From positions 960,001 to 1,024,000 of the forward strand of contig OZ224045.1 of the NCBI GenBank assembly GCA_963665325.3: a stretch of 64,000 nt of DNA, in the 5' to 3' direction. This DNA comes from Alphaproteobacteria bacterium. Lineage in GTDB: Bacteria; Pseudomonadota; Alphaproteobacteria; Bin95. The notes under the pieces are model-generated. The model worked only from the letters and a program-made list of their open reading frames with translations, was not told where the DNA came from and did not search any database. A program made the position numbers and the translations under genes. Position 1 is the stretch's first letter. Each line of letters opens with the position of its first letter. Of the stretch, positions 50,282-60,842 are shown in pieces.

Positions 50282-50952
50282 TCCTGGTCCTGCTGGGTCC
50301 GCCCGGCGCGGGCAAGGGGACACAGGCACGGCGATTGACGGAAGGACGCGGGCTTCCCCACCTCTCCACCGGCGACATGCTGCGCGCGGAGATAGCGGGC
50401 GGTGGGGAGCTCGGCAGGCAGGCTGCCGCAGTGACGGAAGCGGGCCGGCTGATGCCGGACGAGATAATGATCGGCATAATCTCCAGGCGGATCGACGCTC
50501 TGGACTGCGCTGGCGGCTTCATTCTCGACGGCTTCCCGCGCACCACCGCACAGGCCGAGGCGCTCGATGTCCTTCTGGCCAGCAAGGGAAAGGCACTCGA
50601 TGCCGTAGTGCTGCTGCAGGTGGACGGGGAGGCGCTGGTTGAGCGCATTTCCGGCCGGTTCACATGCGGTAAGTGCGGCGAGGGCTACCACGACCGGTTC
50701 AAGCAACCGATCGAGGCGGGTCGCTGCGACATTTGCGGCGCCTCGGATTTCAAGCGCCGGCCCGATGACAGCGCCGATACGGTTCGGGAACGGCTCAGGG
50801 TGTATCGCGGCCAGACGGCGCCGATCCTCCCCTATTACGAAACGAGAGGCCTGCTGCGCCGGGTTGACGGCATGGCGGAAATCGGCGAGGTTGCAATGCA
50901 AATCGATGTTGCGCTTGGCGGGGAAGCCGGAGGCCGGCCTTCTGGCGGTTGA
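50278..50952 (+). CDS. adk: Adenylate kinase (Zn-lid type)
   Basis: GPPGAGKGTQ, STGDMLR, LDGFPR, CxxC...CxxC lid. Confidence 0.98.
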   Translation: MILVLLGPPGAGKGTQARRLTEGRGLPHLSTGDMLRAEIAGGGELGRQAAAVTEAGRLMPDEIMIGIISRRIDALDCAGGFILDGFPRTTAQAEALDVLLASKGKALDAVVLLQVDGEALVERISGRFTCGKCGEGYHDRFKQPIEAGRCDICGASDFKRRPDDSADTVRERLRVYRGQTAPILPYYETRGLLRRVDGMAEIGEVAMQIDVALGGEAGGRPSGG

Positions 50953-50977
50953 CGATTTCCGCGGCCGGGCGTATGTT
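50949..50977 (+). promoter_or_regulatory. Putative sigma70 promoter of rpsM-rpsK-rpoA-rplQ
   Basis: TTGACG-N17-TATGTT, about 40 bp before rpsM. Confidence 0.6.
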
Positions 50978-51016
50978 GCGCTGTTCCAGCGATCCAGCCT
51001 ATGAGGAGTCCCAGGA

Positions 51017-51385
51017 GTGGCGCGAATTGCCGGCGTCAACATTCCGACGCAGAAGCGCGTTGAGATTTCCCTGACCTACATCCACGGCATCGGACGCGCC
51101 AAATCGCGGGAGATCTGCGAGAAGGCGGGGGTGCCTCTGGAGTACAGGGTCAATCAGTTGACCGAGGACCAGGTCATCCGCATCCGCGAGGCCATCGACC
51201 GCGACTATATGGTCGAGGGCGATTTGCGGCGCGAAGTCGCAATCAACATCAAGCGCCTCATGGACCTCGGTTGCTACCGCGGTCAGCGTCACCGCAAGGG
51301 GCTTCCCGTGCGCGGACAGCGCACGCACACCAATGCGCGCACCCGCAAGGGCAAGGCGCGGCCGATCGCCGGCAAGAAGAAATAA
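51017..51385 (+). CDS. rpsM: 30S ribosomal protein S13
   Basis: [27 protein letters not shown]. Confidence 0.99.
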   Translation: MARIAGVNIPTQKRVEISLTYIHGIGRAKSREICEKAGVPLEYRVNQLTEDQVIRIREAIDRDYMVEGDLRREVAINIKRLMDLGCYRGQRHRKGLPVRGQRTHTNARTRKGKARPIAGKKK

Positions 51386-51407
51386 ACGAAGAAGGAATCG
51401 GTCGAGG

Positions 51408-51800
51408 ATGGCGAGGCCAGCTGCCGCCCGCGTGCGCAGACGCGAGCGCAAGAACATTTCGTCGGGCGTCGCGCATGTAAACGCGACGTTCAACAACACG
51501 ATGATCACGATCACCGATGTCCAGGGCAATGCGATCGCCTGGTCGTCGGCGGGCGGACAGGGCTTCAAGGGCTCGCGCAAGTCCACCCCCTTCGCAGCCC
51601 AGATCGCCGCCGAGGACTGTGCCCGCAAGGCGCAGGAACACGGCGTGAAGACTCTCGACGTCAATGTGCGCGGGCCGGGTTCGGGGCGCGAATCCGCACT
51701 GCGCGCGCTTCAGGCGGCCGGCTTCACGATCACCTCGATCCGTGACGTGACGCCGATACCGCATAATGGCTGCCGCCCGCCGAAGCGCCGGCGCGTGTGA
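51408..51800 (+). CDS. rpsK: 30S ribosomal protein S11
   Basis: [32 protein letters not shown]. Confidence 0.99.
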   Translation: MARPAAARVRRRERKNISSGVAHVNATFNNTMITITDVQGNAIAWSSAGGQGFKGSRKSTPFAAQIAAEDCARKAQEHGVKTLDVNVRGPGSGRESALRALQAAGFTITSIRDVTPIPHNGCRPPKRRRV

Positions 51801-51859
51801 TCGCAGCATCCGATCGAAACCAGCTGGCCGGCCTTCCCGGCAGGGATTGAAACGAAACG

Positions 51860-52888
51860 ATGACCACATCGTTCACGCATAAGAACTGGCAGGCTCTCAT
51901 CAAGCCAGGCAAGCTCGACCTGCAAGCCGGGGGCGATCCCGGCCGGTCGGCGGTGATCGCTGCCGAGCCTCTGGAGCGCGGCTTCGGAATCACGCTCGGC
52001 AACACGCTCCGGCGGATCATGCTGTCCTCGCTGCAGGGGGCGGCCGTCACGCGGGTGCAGATCGACGGCGTGCTGCACGAATTCTCGTCGATCGCCGGCG
52101 TGCGCGAGGACGTCACCGACATCATCCTCAACATCAAGGGGCTGGCGCTGCGCAAGCATTCCGACGGCCCGAGGCGGATGGTGCTGGACGCGACAGGGCC
52201 GGGCGTCGTGACCGCCGGACGCATCCAGGCGGGTTCCGACATCGAGATCATGGACCTCGATCATGTCATCTGTACGCTCGACCGGGGCGCGAACCTGCGC
52301 ATGGAAATGACGGTCGAGAACGGCAAGGGCTATGTCCAGGCGGCCGACAACCGGCCGGAGGATGCGCCTATCGGCATGATCCCGGTCGATGCGACCTACA
52401 GCCCGGTGCGCCAGGTGTCCTACCGGGTGGAACAGACCCGCGTCGGGCAGGCAACCGACTACGACAAACTGCTGCTCGACGTTCAGACAGACGGGTCCGT
52501 CTCGCCGGAGGACGCCGTGGCGTTTGCCGCCCGCATCATGCAGGACCAGCTGCAGCTCTTCGTGAATTTCGAGGACCTTCAGCAGTCGCAGCCCGAAGGC
52601 CGGGCCGTCGATCTGCCCTTCAACGCCCACATGCTGCGCAAGGTCGAGGAGCTGGAATTGTCGGTCCGCTCGGCGAACTGCCTCAAGAACGACAACATCA
52701 TCTATATCGGCGACCTGGTGCAGAAAACCGAGAACGAAATGCTCCGCACGCCGAACTTCGGCAGGAAATCGCTGAACGAGATCAAGGCGCTGCTGAAGAC
52801 GATGGAGCTGGACCTCGGCATGGAAGTGCCGAACTGGCCGCCGGACAATATCGAGGAGCTCGCCAAGCGGCTCGACGAGCCGTTCTGA
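51860..52888 (+). CDS. rpoA: RNA polymerase alpha subunit
   Basis: [32 protein letters not shown]. Confidence 0.99.
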   Translation: MTTSFTHKNWQALIKPGKLDLQAGGDPGRSAVIAAEPLERGFGITLGNTLRRIMLSSLQGAAVTRVQIDGVLHEFSSIAGVREDVTDIILNIKGLALRKHSDGPRRMVLDATGPGVVTAGRIQAGSDIEIMDLDHVICTLDRGANLRMEMTVENGKGYVQAADNRPEDAPIGMIPVDATYSPVRQVSYRVEQTRVGQATDYDKLLLDVQTDGSVSPEDAVAFAARIMQDQLQLFVNFEDLQQSQPEGRAVDLPFNAHMLRKVEELELSVRSANCLKNDNIIYIGDLVQKTENEMLRTPNFGRKSLNEIKALLKTMELDLGMEVPNWPPDNIEELAKRLDEPF

Positions 52889-52906
52889 GCGGAGGGGGAC
52901 AGGGCG

Positions 52907-53335
52907 ATGCGCCATCGCAAACAGGGCCGGCGGCTCAACCGGAGCTGGGCACACCGCAAGGCGATGTTCTCCAATATGGCGAACGCGCTCATCAAGCACG
53001 AACAGATCCGCACCACGCTGCCCAAGGCGAAAGAGCTGCGGCCGGTCGTCGAACGGCTGGTCACGCTCGCCAAGCGTGGTGACCTCCACGCGCGCCGTCA
53101 GGCTTTCGCGCAGCTCCGTGACAACGCCATGGTCGCAAAGCTGTTCTCCACGCTGCGGGAGCGCTATGCGGACCGGCCGGGAGGCTATACGCGCGTGCTC
53201 AAGGCCGGCTTTCGGCGGGGCGACATGGCGGCGATGGCCGTCATCGAGTTCGTGGACCGGGATATTGCCGCCAAAGGCCAGGACAGCGGTCCGACCGCGG
53301 AGCGCGACGAGACAGTGCTGAGCGAAGCCGCCTGA
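52907..53335 (+). CDS. rplQ: 50S ribosomal protein L17
   Basis: [22 protein letters not shown]. Confidence 0.99.
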   Translation: MRHRKQGRRLNRSWAHRKAMFSNMANALIKHEQIRTTLPKAKELRPVVERLVTLAKRGDLHARRQAFAQLRDNAMVAKLFSTLRERYADRPGGYTRVLKAGFRRGDMAAMAVIEFVDRDIAAKGQDSGPTAERDETVLSEAA

Positions 53336-53372
53336 CGCGCTGCCGGGCCGCGGCGCAGCCGTTCGGCCCCCC

Positions 53373-54248
53373 ATGCATTCGCACTATGCCCGCGGGCTTG
53401 CGCTGACATTCGTCGGCGTCCTCATCGTCACGCCCGACACCCTGCTGGTACGGCTGGTCGACACCGACCCGTGGACCCTGGTGTTCTGGCGCGGCGTCGG
53501 CATCGCGGCCGGCCTCACCCTGCTGGTGGGCGCGATCGAGGGCCGGGAGGGCGTTCGCAACATCTTCCGCTTTGGGCCGCGACGGCTGCTGGGCGTCGCG
53601 CTCCTGGTCGTGGTCAGCAATTGTTTCGTGTGGGCGCTGGCGCTTACCACGGCTGCCAATGTGTTGGTGGTGCTCGCAAGCTCGCCGCTCGCCGCGGCCC
53701 TGATCGGGCGCGTTTTCCTCGGCGAGCCTGTGCCGCGCCGAACTTGGGCCGCGGCGATTGCGGTCGCCTGCGGCGTTGCCGTAATTTTTGCCGACGATCT
53801 GGAGAGCGGACGCTTCGCGGGCAACCTCTGCGCTGCTGGCGCCGCGGTATCGCTCGCCGCCTATTTCGTGCTGTTGCGCTCCATTCGGGCCGCGAGCACG
53901 CTGCCTGTGCCGATCTGGGGCAATCTCGCGGCCGCGCTTCTGGCGTTCCCCCTCGCCTCTCCCTACTCGGTTCCGCAATCGGGCACAGTCTGGATGGTGC
54001 TGCTTGCCGGCCTGGTCCTGCCGGCGGGTATCGCGCTCATCAGCACCGGGCCCCGTTACATCCCGGCGGCGGAAGTGGGGCTGCTGCTGCTGCTCGAAAC
54101 CCTGCTCGGGCCGCTCTGGGTGTGGCTCGGCACCGGCGAGACACCGACACCGGCGGTGCTGGCGGCAGGCGCAGTGATCGTCGTGGCGCTCGCCATGAAC
54201 TCGGCTCTTGGTCTACGCTCCGCCGCCCGCAGGGAGATGGTGCCATGA
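53373..54248 (+). CDS. DMT/EamA family transporter
   Basis: About 10 hydrophobic segments in two repeats; LLETLLGPLWVWL..GE.P. Confidence 0.88.
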   Translation: MHSHYARGLALTFVGVLIVTPDTLLVRLVDTDPWTLVFWRGVGIAAGLTLLVGAIEGREGVRNIFRFGPRRLLGVALLVVVSNCFVWALALTTAANVLVVLASSPLAAALIGRVFLGEPVPRRTWAAAIAVACGVAVIFADDLESGRFAGNLCAAGAAVSLAAYFVLLRSIRAASTLPVPIWGNLAAALLAFPLASPYSVPQSGTVWMVLLAGLVLPAGIALISTGPRYIPAAEVGLLLLLETLLGPLWVWLGTGETPTPAVLAAGAVIVVALAMNSALGLRSAARREMVP

Positions 54249-55852
54249 CCCGTCCCGCCATGATCGTTGCCGCCCAGCCGGAGGCAGCCGAAGCCGGCGC
54301 CCGCGTGTTGCAGCGGGGCGGCAACGCTGTCGATGCCGCTATCGCCGCCGCGCTCGTGCAGGGCGTGGTCGATCCGCAGATGTGCGGCATAGCCGGGTTC
54401 GGCTCCTGCCATCTCTTCCTGCCGTCGAAGGGCGTCCATAGCTGCATCGACTTTCACGGCAAGACGCCGCTCGCCGCACATCCGGCGATGTGGGAGGATC
54501 TGCTGGAAGGTGAGACGCGGGACGGCTTCGGCTTCATTCTGAAGGGCCGCGTCAACGATCTCGGCTACCAGTCGATCACCACGCCGGGCTCGCTCAAGGC
54601 CTATTTCGAGGCTGCGACGGAGTTTGGAAGCTGGGACTGGGCGGATATCTGCGCGCCGGCCGTAGCCCAGGCCCGCGAGGGTTTTGTCGTGCGCCCGCAT
54701 GTCGATTTCTGGTGGCAGCAGACGGAGCAGTTGGGCCGCACGGCTAACCGCGAGCGCAACGCCTTCTCGGCGACCGGCCGGGCCGTCTACTTCCATGAGG
54801 ACGGGCAGATCAGGCGCACCGGAGACCGTGTCTTCAATCCGGACCTCGCCCGCACGCTGGAACGGGTCTCCAGGGGCGGAGCGGACATCTTTTATACGGG
54901 AGAGATCGCCGAGGAGATCGACGCCGACATGCGCGCCAATGGCGGGTTGATGACGGCCGCCGACCTCGCCGCCTATCGCACGACCCGGGCCGAACCTGTC
55001 TGGACCGGCTACCGCGACTGGCGCGTTGCCTCCAACCGGCCGCCCGGCGGCGGCGTGCAAGTGTTGCAGATACTGAACCAGCTCGAGCATTTCGACCTCG
55101 CGGCGCTCGGACACAACAGCACCGAATATCTGCGGGTCGTCAGCGAGGCGATGAAGCGGGCGACGCGCGACAAGGACGCCCATGTCGGAGACCCGGCCTT
55201 CTACGACGTGCCGCTGGACTGGCTGCTTTCCAAGGAATACGGCGCGGAGCTCGCCGGGGAGATCCAGCGCGGCGAGCGGGCCTCGGTGACGCGGGTCGCG
55301 GCGGAGCCGCCCGACACGACCCATGTTGTGGCCGTGGACCGCGAGGGTGGCATCGTCACCATGACACACTCGCTCGGCATGCCTTCGGGCGTCATCACGC
55401 CGGGGCTTGGCTTCATGTACAACGGCTGCATGGCGGTCTTCGATCCGCGCCCCGGCCGTGCGGGGTCGATTGCGCCCGGCAAGAGCCGGTTTTCCTCGCT
55501 CTGCCCGACGATCGTCTTCGACGGCGACCGGCCCCGCCTGGCGCTCGGCGCGCCTGGCGGCACGCAGATTTCGATGGGCGTGACGCAGGCGGTCCTGAAC
55601 GTGCTCGATCACGGCATGACGATGACTGAGGCGGTGTCGGCGCCGCGCTTCTCCTCAACCTCGAATGCCATCGACATTTCGAACCGCATTCCGGGCTATA
55701 CGGTCGAGCCGCTGGAGAAAATGGGCTACGAAATTGTCCGCAGCCCGTTGACCTTCGGTTTCGCGGCAGTACATGGCATCCGCCTTCTGGCGGACGGCCG
55801 CCTGGACGGCGGCGCCGATCCCGGCCATGACGGGGTGGCGCTACAGGTCTGA
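54245..55852 (+). CDS. ggt: Gamma-glutamyltransferase family protein
   Basis: GGNAVDAA, FYTGEIA, autocleavage DTTH, GAPGG, GGADP. ATGA overlap with EamA. Confidence 0.9.
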   Translation: MTRPAMIVAAQPEAAEAGARVLQRGGNAVDAAIAAALVQGVVDPQMCGIAGFGSCHLFLPSKGVHSCIDFHGKTPLAAHPAMWEDLLEGETRDGFGFILKGRVNDLGYQSITTPGSLKAYFEAATEFGSWDWADICAPAVAQAREGFVVRPHVDFWWQQTEQLGRTANRERNAFSATGRAVYFHEDGQIRRTGDRVFNPDLARTLERVSRGGADIFYTGEIAEEIDADMRANGGLMTAADLAAYRTTRAEPVWTGYRDWRVASNRPPGGGVQVLQILNQLEHFDLAALGHNSTEYLRVVSEAMKRATRDKDAHVGDPAFYDVPLDWLLSKEYGAELAGEIQRGERASVTRVAAEPPDTTHVVAVDREGGIVTMTHSLGMPSGVITPGLGFMYNGCMAVFDPRPGRAGSIAPGKSRFSSLCPTIVFDGDRPRLALGAPGGTQISMGVTQAVLNVLDHGMTMTEAVSAPRFSSTSNAIDISNRIPGYTVEPLEKMGYEIVRSPLTFGFAAVHGIRLLADGRLDGGADPGHDGVALQV

Positions 55853-55905
55853 TCCGGCCGCCCTATACTGCGGTTGCGGTGCGGCTTGCGCGGGGAGAGG
55901 AAGCT

Positions 55906-56811
55906 ATGTGCGGAATCGTCGGTCTGTATCTGAAGAACCCCGCTCTGAGGCCGCATCTGGGCCGCCTGTTCTCGCCCATGATGGGAGAAATGACCGAGCG
56001 CGGCCCGGACAGTGCGGGCTTCGCGGTCTATCGCGAGGAAGGCGGGCGGGACGAGGCCAAAGTCACCGTGTGCAGCGTGGCGCCCGGTTACGACTGGCCC
56101 GGCCTTGCACGGGAGGCGGGCGAAGCGCTGGGCGCCGACGCCGTCGCCGAGGCGGCGTCGAACCACGCCGTGCTCAGGGCTTCCGTCGATGCGGGGAAGC
56201 TGCGGGACTGGATCGAGGCGGCGCATCCCGAGCTCAGCGTCACGAGTTCCGGCTCGGCGCTCGAAATCTACAAGGAGGTCGGCCTGCCGATGGATGTGCT
56301 GGACCGGTTCGGCGTCAGCCAGATGGCCGGTTCTCACATGATCGGCCACACCCGCATGGCGACCGAGAGCGCCGTGACGACTGCGGGCGCCCATCCCTTC
56401 AGCACCGGCGACGATCTTTGCCTCGTCCACAACGGTTCGCTGTCCAACCACCACCGCCTGCGCGACTGGCTGCGCGAGCAGCAGGGCGTGCGGTTCCAGA
56501 CCGACAATGACACCGAGGTCGCCGCCGGATACCTGACCTGGCGAATCGGCGAAGGCGCCAGCATCGCCGAGGCGCTGGAGGCCGGCATCAGGGACCTGGA
56601 CGGCTTTTACACATTCGCGGTCGGCACGAGAGAGGGCTTCTCGGTCCTTCGCGACCCGATAGCCTGCAAGCCGGCCGTCATGGCGGAGAACGACGACTGG
56701 GTCGCCATGGCGTCCGAGTTCCGTGCACTCGCCTGCCTGCCGGATGTCGAGGCGGCGTCGGTGTGGGAACCGGAGCCGGGCAAGGTCTATTCCTGGGGCG
56801 GCAGCGCGTGA
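55906..56811 (+). CDS. mgsA: N-methylglutamate synthase subunit A (class II glutamine amidotransferase, GlxB)
   Basis: MCGIVG N-terminal nucleophile, RGPDSAG, GHTRMATES, HNGSLSN. Synteny with GXGXG and FMN subunits. Confidence 0.85.
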   Translation: MCGIVGLYLKNPALRPHLGRLFSPMMGEMTERGPDSAGFAVYREEGGRDEAKVTVCSVAPGYDWPGLAREAGEALGADAVAEAASNHAVLRASVDAGKLRDWIEAAHPELSVTSSGSALEIYKEVGLPMDVLDRFGVSQMAGSHMIGHTRMATESAVTTAGAHPFSTGDDLCLVHNGSLSNHHRLRDWLREQQGVRFQTDNDTEVAAGYLTWRIGEGASIAEALEAGIRDLDGFYTFAVGTREGFSVLRDPIACKPAVMAENDDWVAMASEFRALACLPDVEAASVWEPEPGKVYSWGGSA

Positions 56812-57497
56812 CTGTTGAGACCATCGACCTCGACGTGGCGGGCGTCCGGGCGCTCAATCGCCGGCTCCAGGGCCGCGACGAGCCGGTTGCGGGCAGGCGC
56901 TTTGTGGTTACGAACGCCAAGGGACGTCATGCGCTCGCCGTCGGGCTGACGGAGGCGATGGATGTCCGGATTCGCGGTCATGTCGGCTATTACTGCGCCG
57001 GGATGAACCGGAAAGCGGATGTGACCGTGGAGGGCAATGCCGGCACCGGCGTCGCCGAGAACCTGATGTCGGGCACCGTCCGGGTGACCGGGGACACCAG
57101 CCAGTCGGCCGGAGCGAGCGGCCGGGGCGGGCTCCTCGTGATCGAGGGCAGCGCGAGCGCCCGCTGCGGCATTACCATGAAGGGTATCGACATCGTGGTG
57201 GGCGGCTCCATCGGGCATATGTCCGCCTTCATGGCGCAGGCCGGCCGGCTGGTCGTCTGCGGCGATGCAGGCGCCTATCTGGGCGACTCGATCTACGAAG
57301 CCGAACTCTTCGTTCGTGGCAGGGTCGAGAGTCTCGGTGCGGACTGCGTCGAGAAGGACATGGACGAGCGGGACGCCGAGGCGCTGCAGGCGCTGCTGGA
57401 GCGCGCCGGCCTGGCTGCCGATGCAGGCGGATTCCGCCGCTACGGTTCGGCGCGCCAGCTCTACAACTTCCGCGTCGATAACGCCGCGGCCTACTAG
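56808..57497 (+). CDS. mgsB: N-methylglutamate synthase subunit B (GXGXG beta-helix, GlxC)
   Basis: GHVGYYCAGMN, GVAENLMSG, YGSARQLYNF. GTGA overlap. Confidence 0.85.
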   Translation: MTVETIDLDVAGVRALNRRLQGRDEPVAGRRFVVTNAKGRHALAVGLTEAMDVRIRGHVGYYCAGMNRKADVTVEGNAGTGVAENLMSGTVRVTGDTSQSAGASGRGGLLVIEGSASARCGITMKGIDIVVGGSIGHMSAFMAQAGRLVVCGDAGAYLGDSIYEAELFVRGRVESLGADCVEKDMDERDAEALQALLERAGLAADAGGFRRYGSARQLYNFRVDNAAAY

Positions 57498-57508
57498 GGA
57501 CGGCAATC

Positions 57509-58822
57509 ATGTCAGGCGAACGAACGACGCGCTCCTGGGCCAGCTTTCCCCCGCATGTCATCTCCGAGATACACCGCGCGGCCGACCAGGGCCTCTACTA
57601 CATCCGGGGTTCCGGCGCGTGGCGGGCCTTGCCGTCCTTCGACGATCTGGTGTTTCTCGGGGCGTCTGTCTCGCGCTACCCGCTGGAGGGCTACCGGGAA
57701 CGCTGCGATACGGACGTGACCATCGGCGCCCGCTATGCGTCGAAGCCTGTGGAGCTCAAAATCCCGATCACCATTGCGGGCATGAGCTTCGGCGCGCTGA
57801 GCGCCAGCGCCAAGCGCGCCCTTGGCCTCGGCGCGAGCGCGATGGGCACCAGCACGACCACCGGCGACGGCGGCATGACGATGGAGGAGCGGGAAGCCTC
57901 GCAGACGCTTGTCTACCAGGTCCTGCCCTCGCGCTACGGCATGGACCCGGACCATCTCCGCATCGCTGATGCGATAGAGGTGGTGGTCGGGCAGGGCGCC
58001 AAGCCCGGCGGCGGCGGCATGCTGCTCGGCCAGAAGGTGACCGAACGGGTGGCGGGCATGCGGACCCTCCCGGCTGGCATCGACCAGCGCAGCGCCTGCC
58101 GGCATCCGGACTGGACGGGCCCCGACGATCTCACAATCAAGATTCAAGAGTTGCGCGAGGTCACCAACTGGGAAAAGCCGGTCTATGTAAAGGTCGGAGC
58201 GACCCGCACGCAGTACGATGTGGCGCTCGCGGTCAAGGCCGGCGCGGACGCCGTGGTGGTGGACGGCATGCAGGGGGGCACGGCTGCCACCCAGGAAGTG
58301 TTCATCGAGGATGTCGGCATCCCGACGCTGCCGGCCGTCCGCCTCGCCGTTGATGCGCTCAAGGAACTCGGCGTCCACCGCGAGGTGCAGCTGATCGTTT
58401 CGGGCGGCATCCGCACCGGCGCCGATGTCGCCAAGGCACTGGCACTCGGGGCCGACGCCGTCTCCATCGGCATGGCTGCGCTGATGGCGCTCAACTGCAA
58501 TGCCCCGCTCTACCTTGAGGACTATGAGGCTCTCGGCACGCATCCCGGCGCCTGCAACATGTGCCAGACAGGCCGCTGTCCCGTAGGGGTGACGACCCAG
58601 GATCCGGTTCTCGAGGCGAGGCTCGACCCGGAGGAAGGCGGGCGGCGCGTGCGCAACTACCTCTCCACCCTGGCGATGGAATGCCAGACGCTGGCGCGGG
58701 CCTGCGGCAAGAGCCACGTCCACAATCTGGAGCCGGAGGACCTGGCCGCGCTCACCATCGAGGCGGCAGCGATGGCGCAGGTTCCGCTGGCGGGTACCGA
58801 CTGGATTCCGGGCCGGTCCTGA
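57509..58822 (+). CDS. mgsC: N-methylglutamate synthase subunit C (FMN-binding glutamate synthase family, GlxD)
   Basis: SFDDLVFLGASVSRYPLEGYRE, GQGAKPGGGG, CxxCxxGxCPVG. Confidence 0.87.
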   Translation: MSGERTTRSWASFPPHVISEIHRAADQGLYYIRGSGAWRALPSFDDLVFLGASVSRYPLEGYRERCDTDVTIGARYASKPVELKIPITIAGMSFGALSASAKRALGLGASAMGTSTTTGDGGMTMEEREASQTLVYQVLPSRYGMDPDHLRIADAIEVVVGQGAKPGGGGMLLGQKVTERVAGMRTLPAGIDQRSACRHPDWTGPDDLTIKIQELREVTNWEKPVYVKVGATRTQYDVALAVKAGADAVVVDGMQGGTAATQEVFIEDVGIPTLPAVRLAVDALKELGVHREVQLIVSGGIRTGADVAKALALGADAVSIGMAALMALNCNAPLYLEDYEALGTHPGACNMCQTGRCPVGVTTQDPVLEARLDPEEGGRRVRNYLSTLAMECQTLARACGKSHVHNLEPEDLAALTIEAAAMAQVPLAGTDWIPGRS

Positions 58823-58891
58823 CGGCGCGACCGTGACAGGAATGCCGGGGCGTCGTAGCATGGCGCGGCATCGGCGACCGGAGAGGACGGC

Positions 58892-59470
58892 ATGAGTGGG
58901 CACCGGGCGTTACGGCGGCGAGTCCCGGCCCGCAAGGCGACATATCGGGACGTGCTCGATGCGCCGCCGCACATGGTAGCCGAGATCGTTAAGGGCGCGC
59001 TGCACACGCAGCCGAGGCCGGCCAGCCGGCACGCGCTGGCGGGGTCGTCGCTTGGCGACGAGCTGGTCAGCCCGTTCCAGAAGGGCCGGGGCGGGCCGGG
59101 CGGCTGGTGGATCGTCGATGAACCGGAACTCCACCTCGGCGAGGACATCCTGGTCCCGGACCTCGCCGGCTGGCGCCGTGAGCGGATGCCCGATTACCCG
59201 GATGCCCCCTATTTCGCCCTGGCGCCGGACTGGGTGTGCGAGATTCTTTCTCCATCGACGAGAACCTTCGACCTTGAAGAAAAGCGCCCGATCTATGCGC
59301 GGGAGGGCGTGGACCATCTCTGGTTCGTCGATCCGGCGGCAAGGACTTTGGAGGCGTTCGTTCTGCATCGGCGCGGCTGGACGTCGGCCGGCTCGGCGCG
59401 GGAGGATGAGCCCGTGTCCCTCCCACCCTTCGAGGCGGTGACCTTCCCGCTCGACGCCCTCTGGCCCTGA
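58892..59470 (+). CDS. Uma2 family (PD-(D/E)xK) putative endonuclease
   Basis: AEIVKG, GGWWIVDEPELHLG, VPDLAGW, PDWVCEILSPST, K..IYA..GV..LW.VDP. Confidence 0.9.
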   Translation: MSGHRALRRRVPARKATYRDVLDAPPHMVAEIVKGALHTQPRPASRHALAGSSLGDELVSPFQKGRGGPGGWWIVDEPELHLGEDILVPDLAGWRRERMPDYPDAPYFALAPDWVCEILSPSTRTFDLEEKRPIYAREGVDHLWFVDPAARTLEAFVLHRRGWTSAGSAREDEPVSLPPFEAVTFPLDALWP

Positions 59471-59498
59471 CGGCCGCGGACCCTTCTAGACCGAAAGG

Positions 59499-60809
59499 AT
59501 GACCATGACCGGCAAGCTGGAAGCCTTCTCGAAGGCGAATGGCGTCAGGTATTTCCTCTTCAACTTCACCGACATTCGCGGGATGCAGCGCTCCAAGCTG
59601 GTGCCTGCGGCGGCCGCGCCGGCGATGGAGGAGGCGGGCGCCGGGTTTGCCGGTTTCGCCACCTATCTGGACATGACGCCGGCCCACCCCGACATGCTGG
59701 CCGTGCCGGATACCGGGAGTGTCATCCAGCTTCCCTGGCAGCGCGATGTGGCGTGGGTCGCGGGCGATCTGGTCATGGACGGCCGGCCGGTCGAGCAGGC
59801 GCCGCGCATCGTGTTGAAGAACCTCGTTGCGAGGGCTGCGGCGCAGGGGCTGCGGATGAAATCCGGGGTCGAGGCCGAATACCACCTGATCGACGCCGAC
59901 GGCACGGATATTTCGGACCCGCGCGATATCGATGCGAAGCCCTGCTACGACCAGCAGGCCCTGATGCGCCGGTACGATGTCGTGTCCGAGATTTGCGACG
60001 CCATGCTGGAATTGGGCTGGGGCCCCTACCAGAACGACCATGAGGACGCCAATGGCCAGTTCGAGATGAACTGGGACTATGACGATGTTCTCGTGACGGC
60101 GGACCGGCACGCGTTCTTCAAATTCATGGTGAAGTCCATCGCCGAGAAGCACGGCTTGCGCGCCACCTTCATGCCGAAGCCGTTCCTCAACCTGACCGGC
60201 AACGGGTGCCATGCGCATGTGTCGGTCTGGGACGTGGACGGAAAAAACAACCTGTTCCACGACCCGGACGGGGAGCTCGGCCTGTCGGAGCTTGCCCTGC
60301 ATTTCCTCGGCGGCGTGCTCCACCATGCCGAAGCGCTCTGTGCCGTGACCAACCCGATCGTGAATTCCTACAAGCGCATCAACGCGCCCGTGACTTCGTC
60401 GGGCGCGACCTGGTCGCCCAACACCGTGAGCTGGACGGGCAACAACCGCACGCACATGGTGCGTATCCCCGATGAGGGGCGCTTCGAACTCCGGCTCGCC
60501 GACGGCGCGGCCAACCCCTATCTGCTGCAGGCGGCCTGTCTGGCGGCCGGTCTCGACGGAATCGAGAACAGGCGCGATCCGGGAAAGCGGAGCGACCTCG
60601 ACATGTATGCCGAAGGTCACAGGCGCCGGGTCAGGCGGCTGCCGAACTACCTGCTCGACGCGATTCGCGCGTTCGACCGCAATGCGGTGCTGAAGAGTGC
60701 GCTCGGGGCGGAGTTCTCGGCCGCCTATGTGAAACTCAAGATGCAGGAATGGGACGCCTATTCCCGGCATCTGAGCGACTGGGAGCGGGAAACCTCGCTG
60801 GATATCTGA
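59499..60809 (+). CDS. gmaS: Type III glutamate-ammonia ligase / gamma-glutamylmethylamide synthetase (GlnT-like)
   Basis: RSKLVP, AGFAGFA, KPCYDQQALMR, QNDHEDANGQFE, SGATWSP. Adjacent to mgsABC. Confidence 0.85.
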   Translation: MTMTGKLEAFSKANGVRYFLFNFTDIRGMQRSKLVPAAAAPAMEEAGAGFAGFATYLDMTPAHPDMLAVPDTGSVIQLPWQRDVAWVAGDLVMDGRPVEQAPRIVLKNLVARAAAQGLRMKSGVEAEYHLIDADGTDISDPRDIDAKPCYDQQALMRRYDVVSEICDAMLELGWGPYQNDHEDANGQFEMNWDYDDVLVTADRHAFFKFMVKSIAEKHGLRATFMPKPFLNLTGNGCHAHVSVWDVDGKNNLFHDPDGELGLSELALHFLGGVLHHAEALCAVTNPIVNSYKRINAPVTSSGATWSPNTVSWTGNNRTHMVRIPDEGRFELRLADGAANPYLLQAACLAAGLDGIENRRDPGKRSDLDMYAEGHRRRVRRLPNYLLDAIRAFDRNAVLKSALGAEFSAAYVKLKMQEWDAYSRHLSDWERETSLDI

Positions 60810-60842
60810 ACCGGCGGCCCGCTGCGATTTCGGGGCTACGGC

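Noticed and set aside
50278-52888. Absence of infA, rpmJ, map and rpsD from the spc/alpha region
   Set aside because: Normal arrangement for Alphaproteobacteria.
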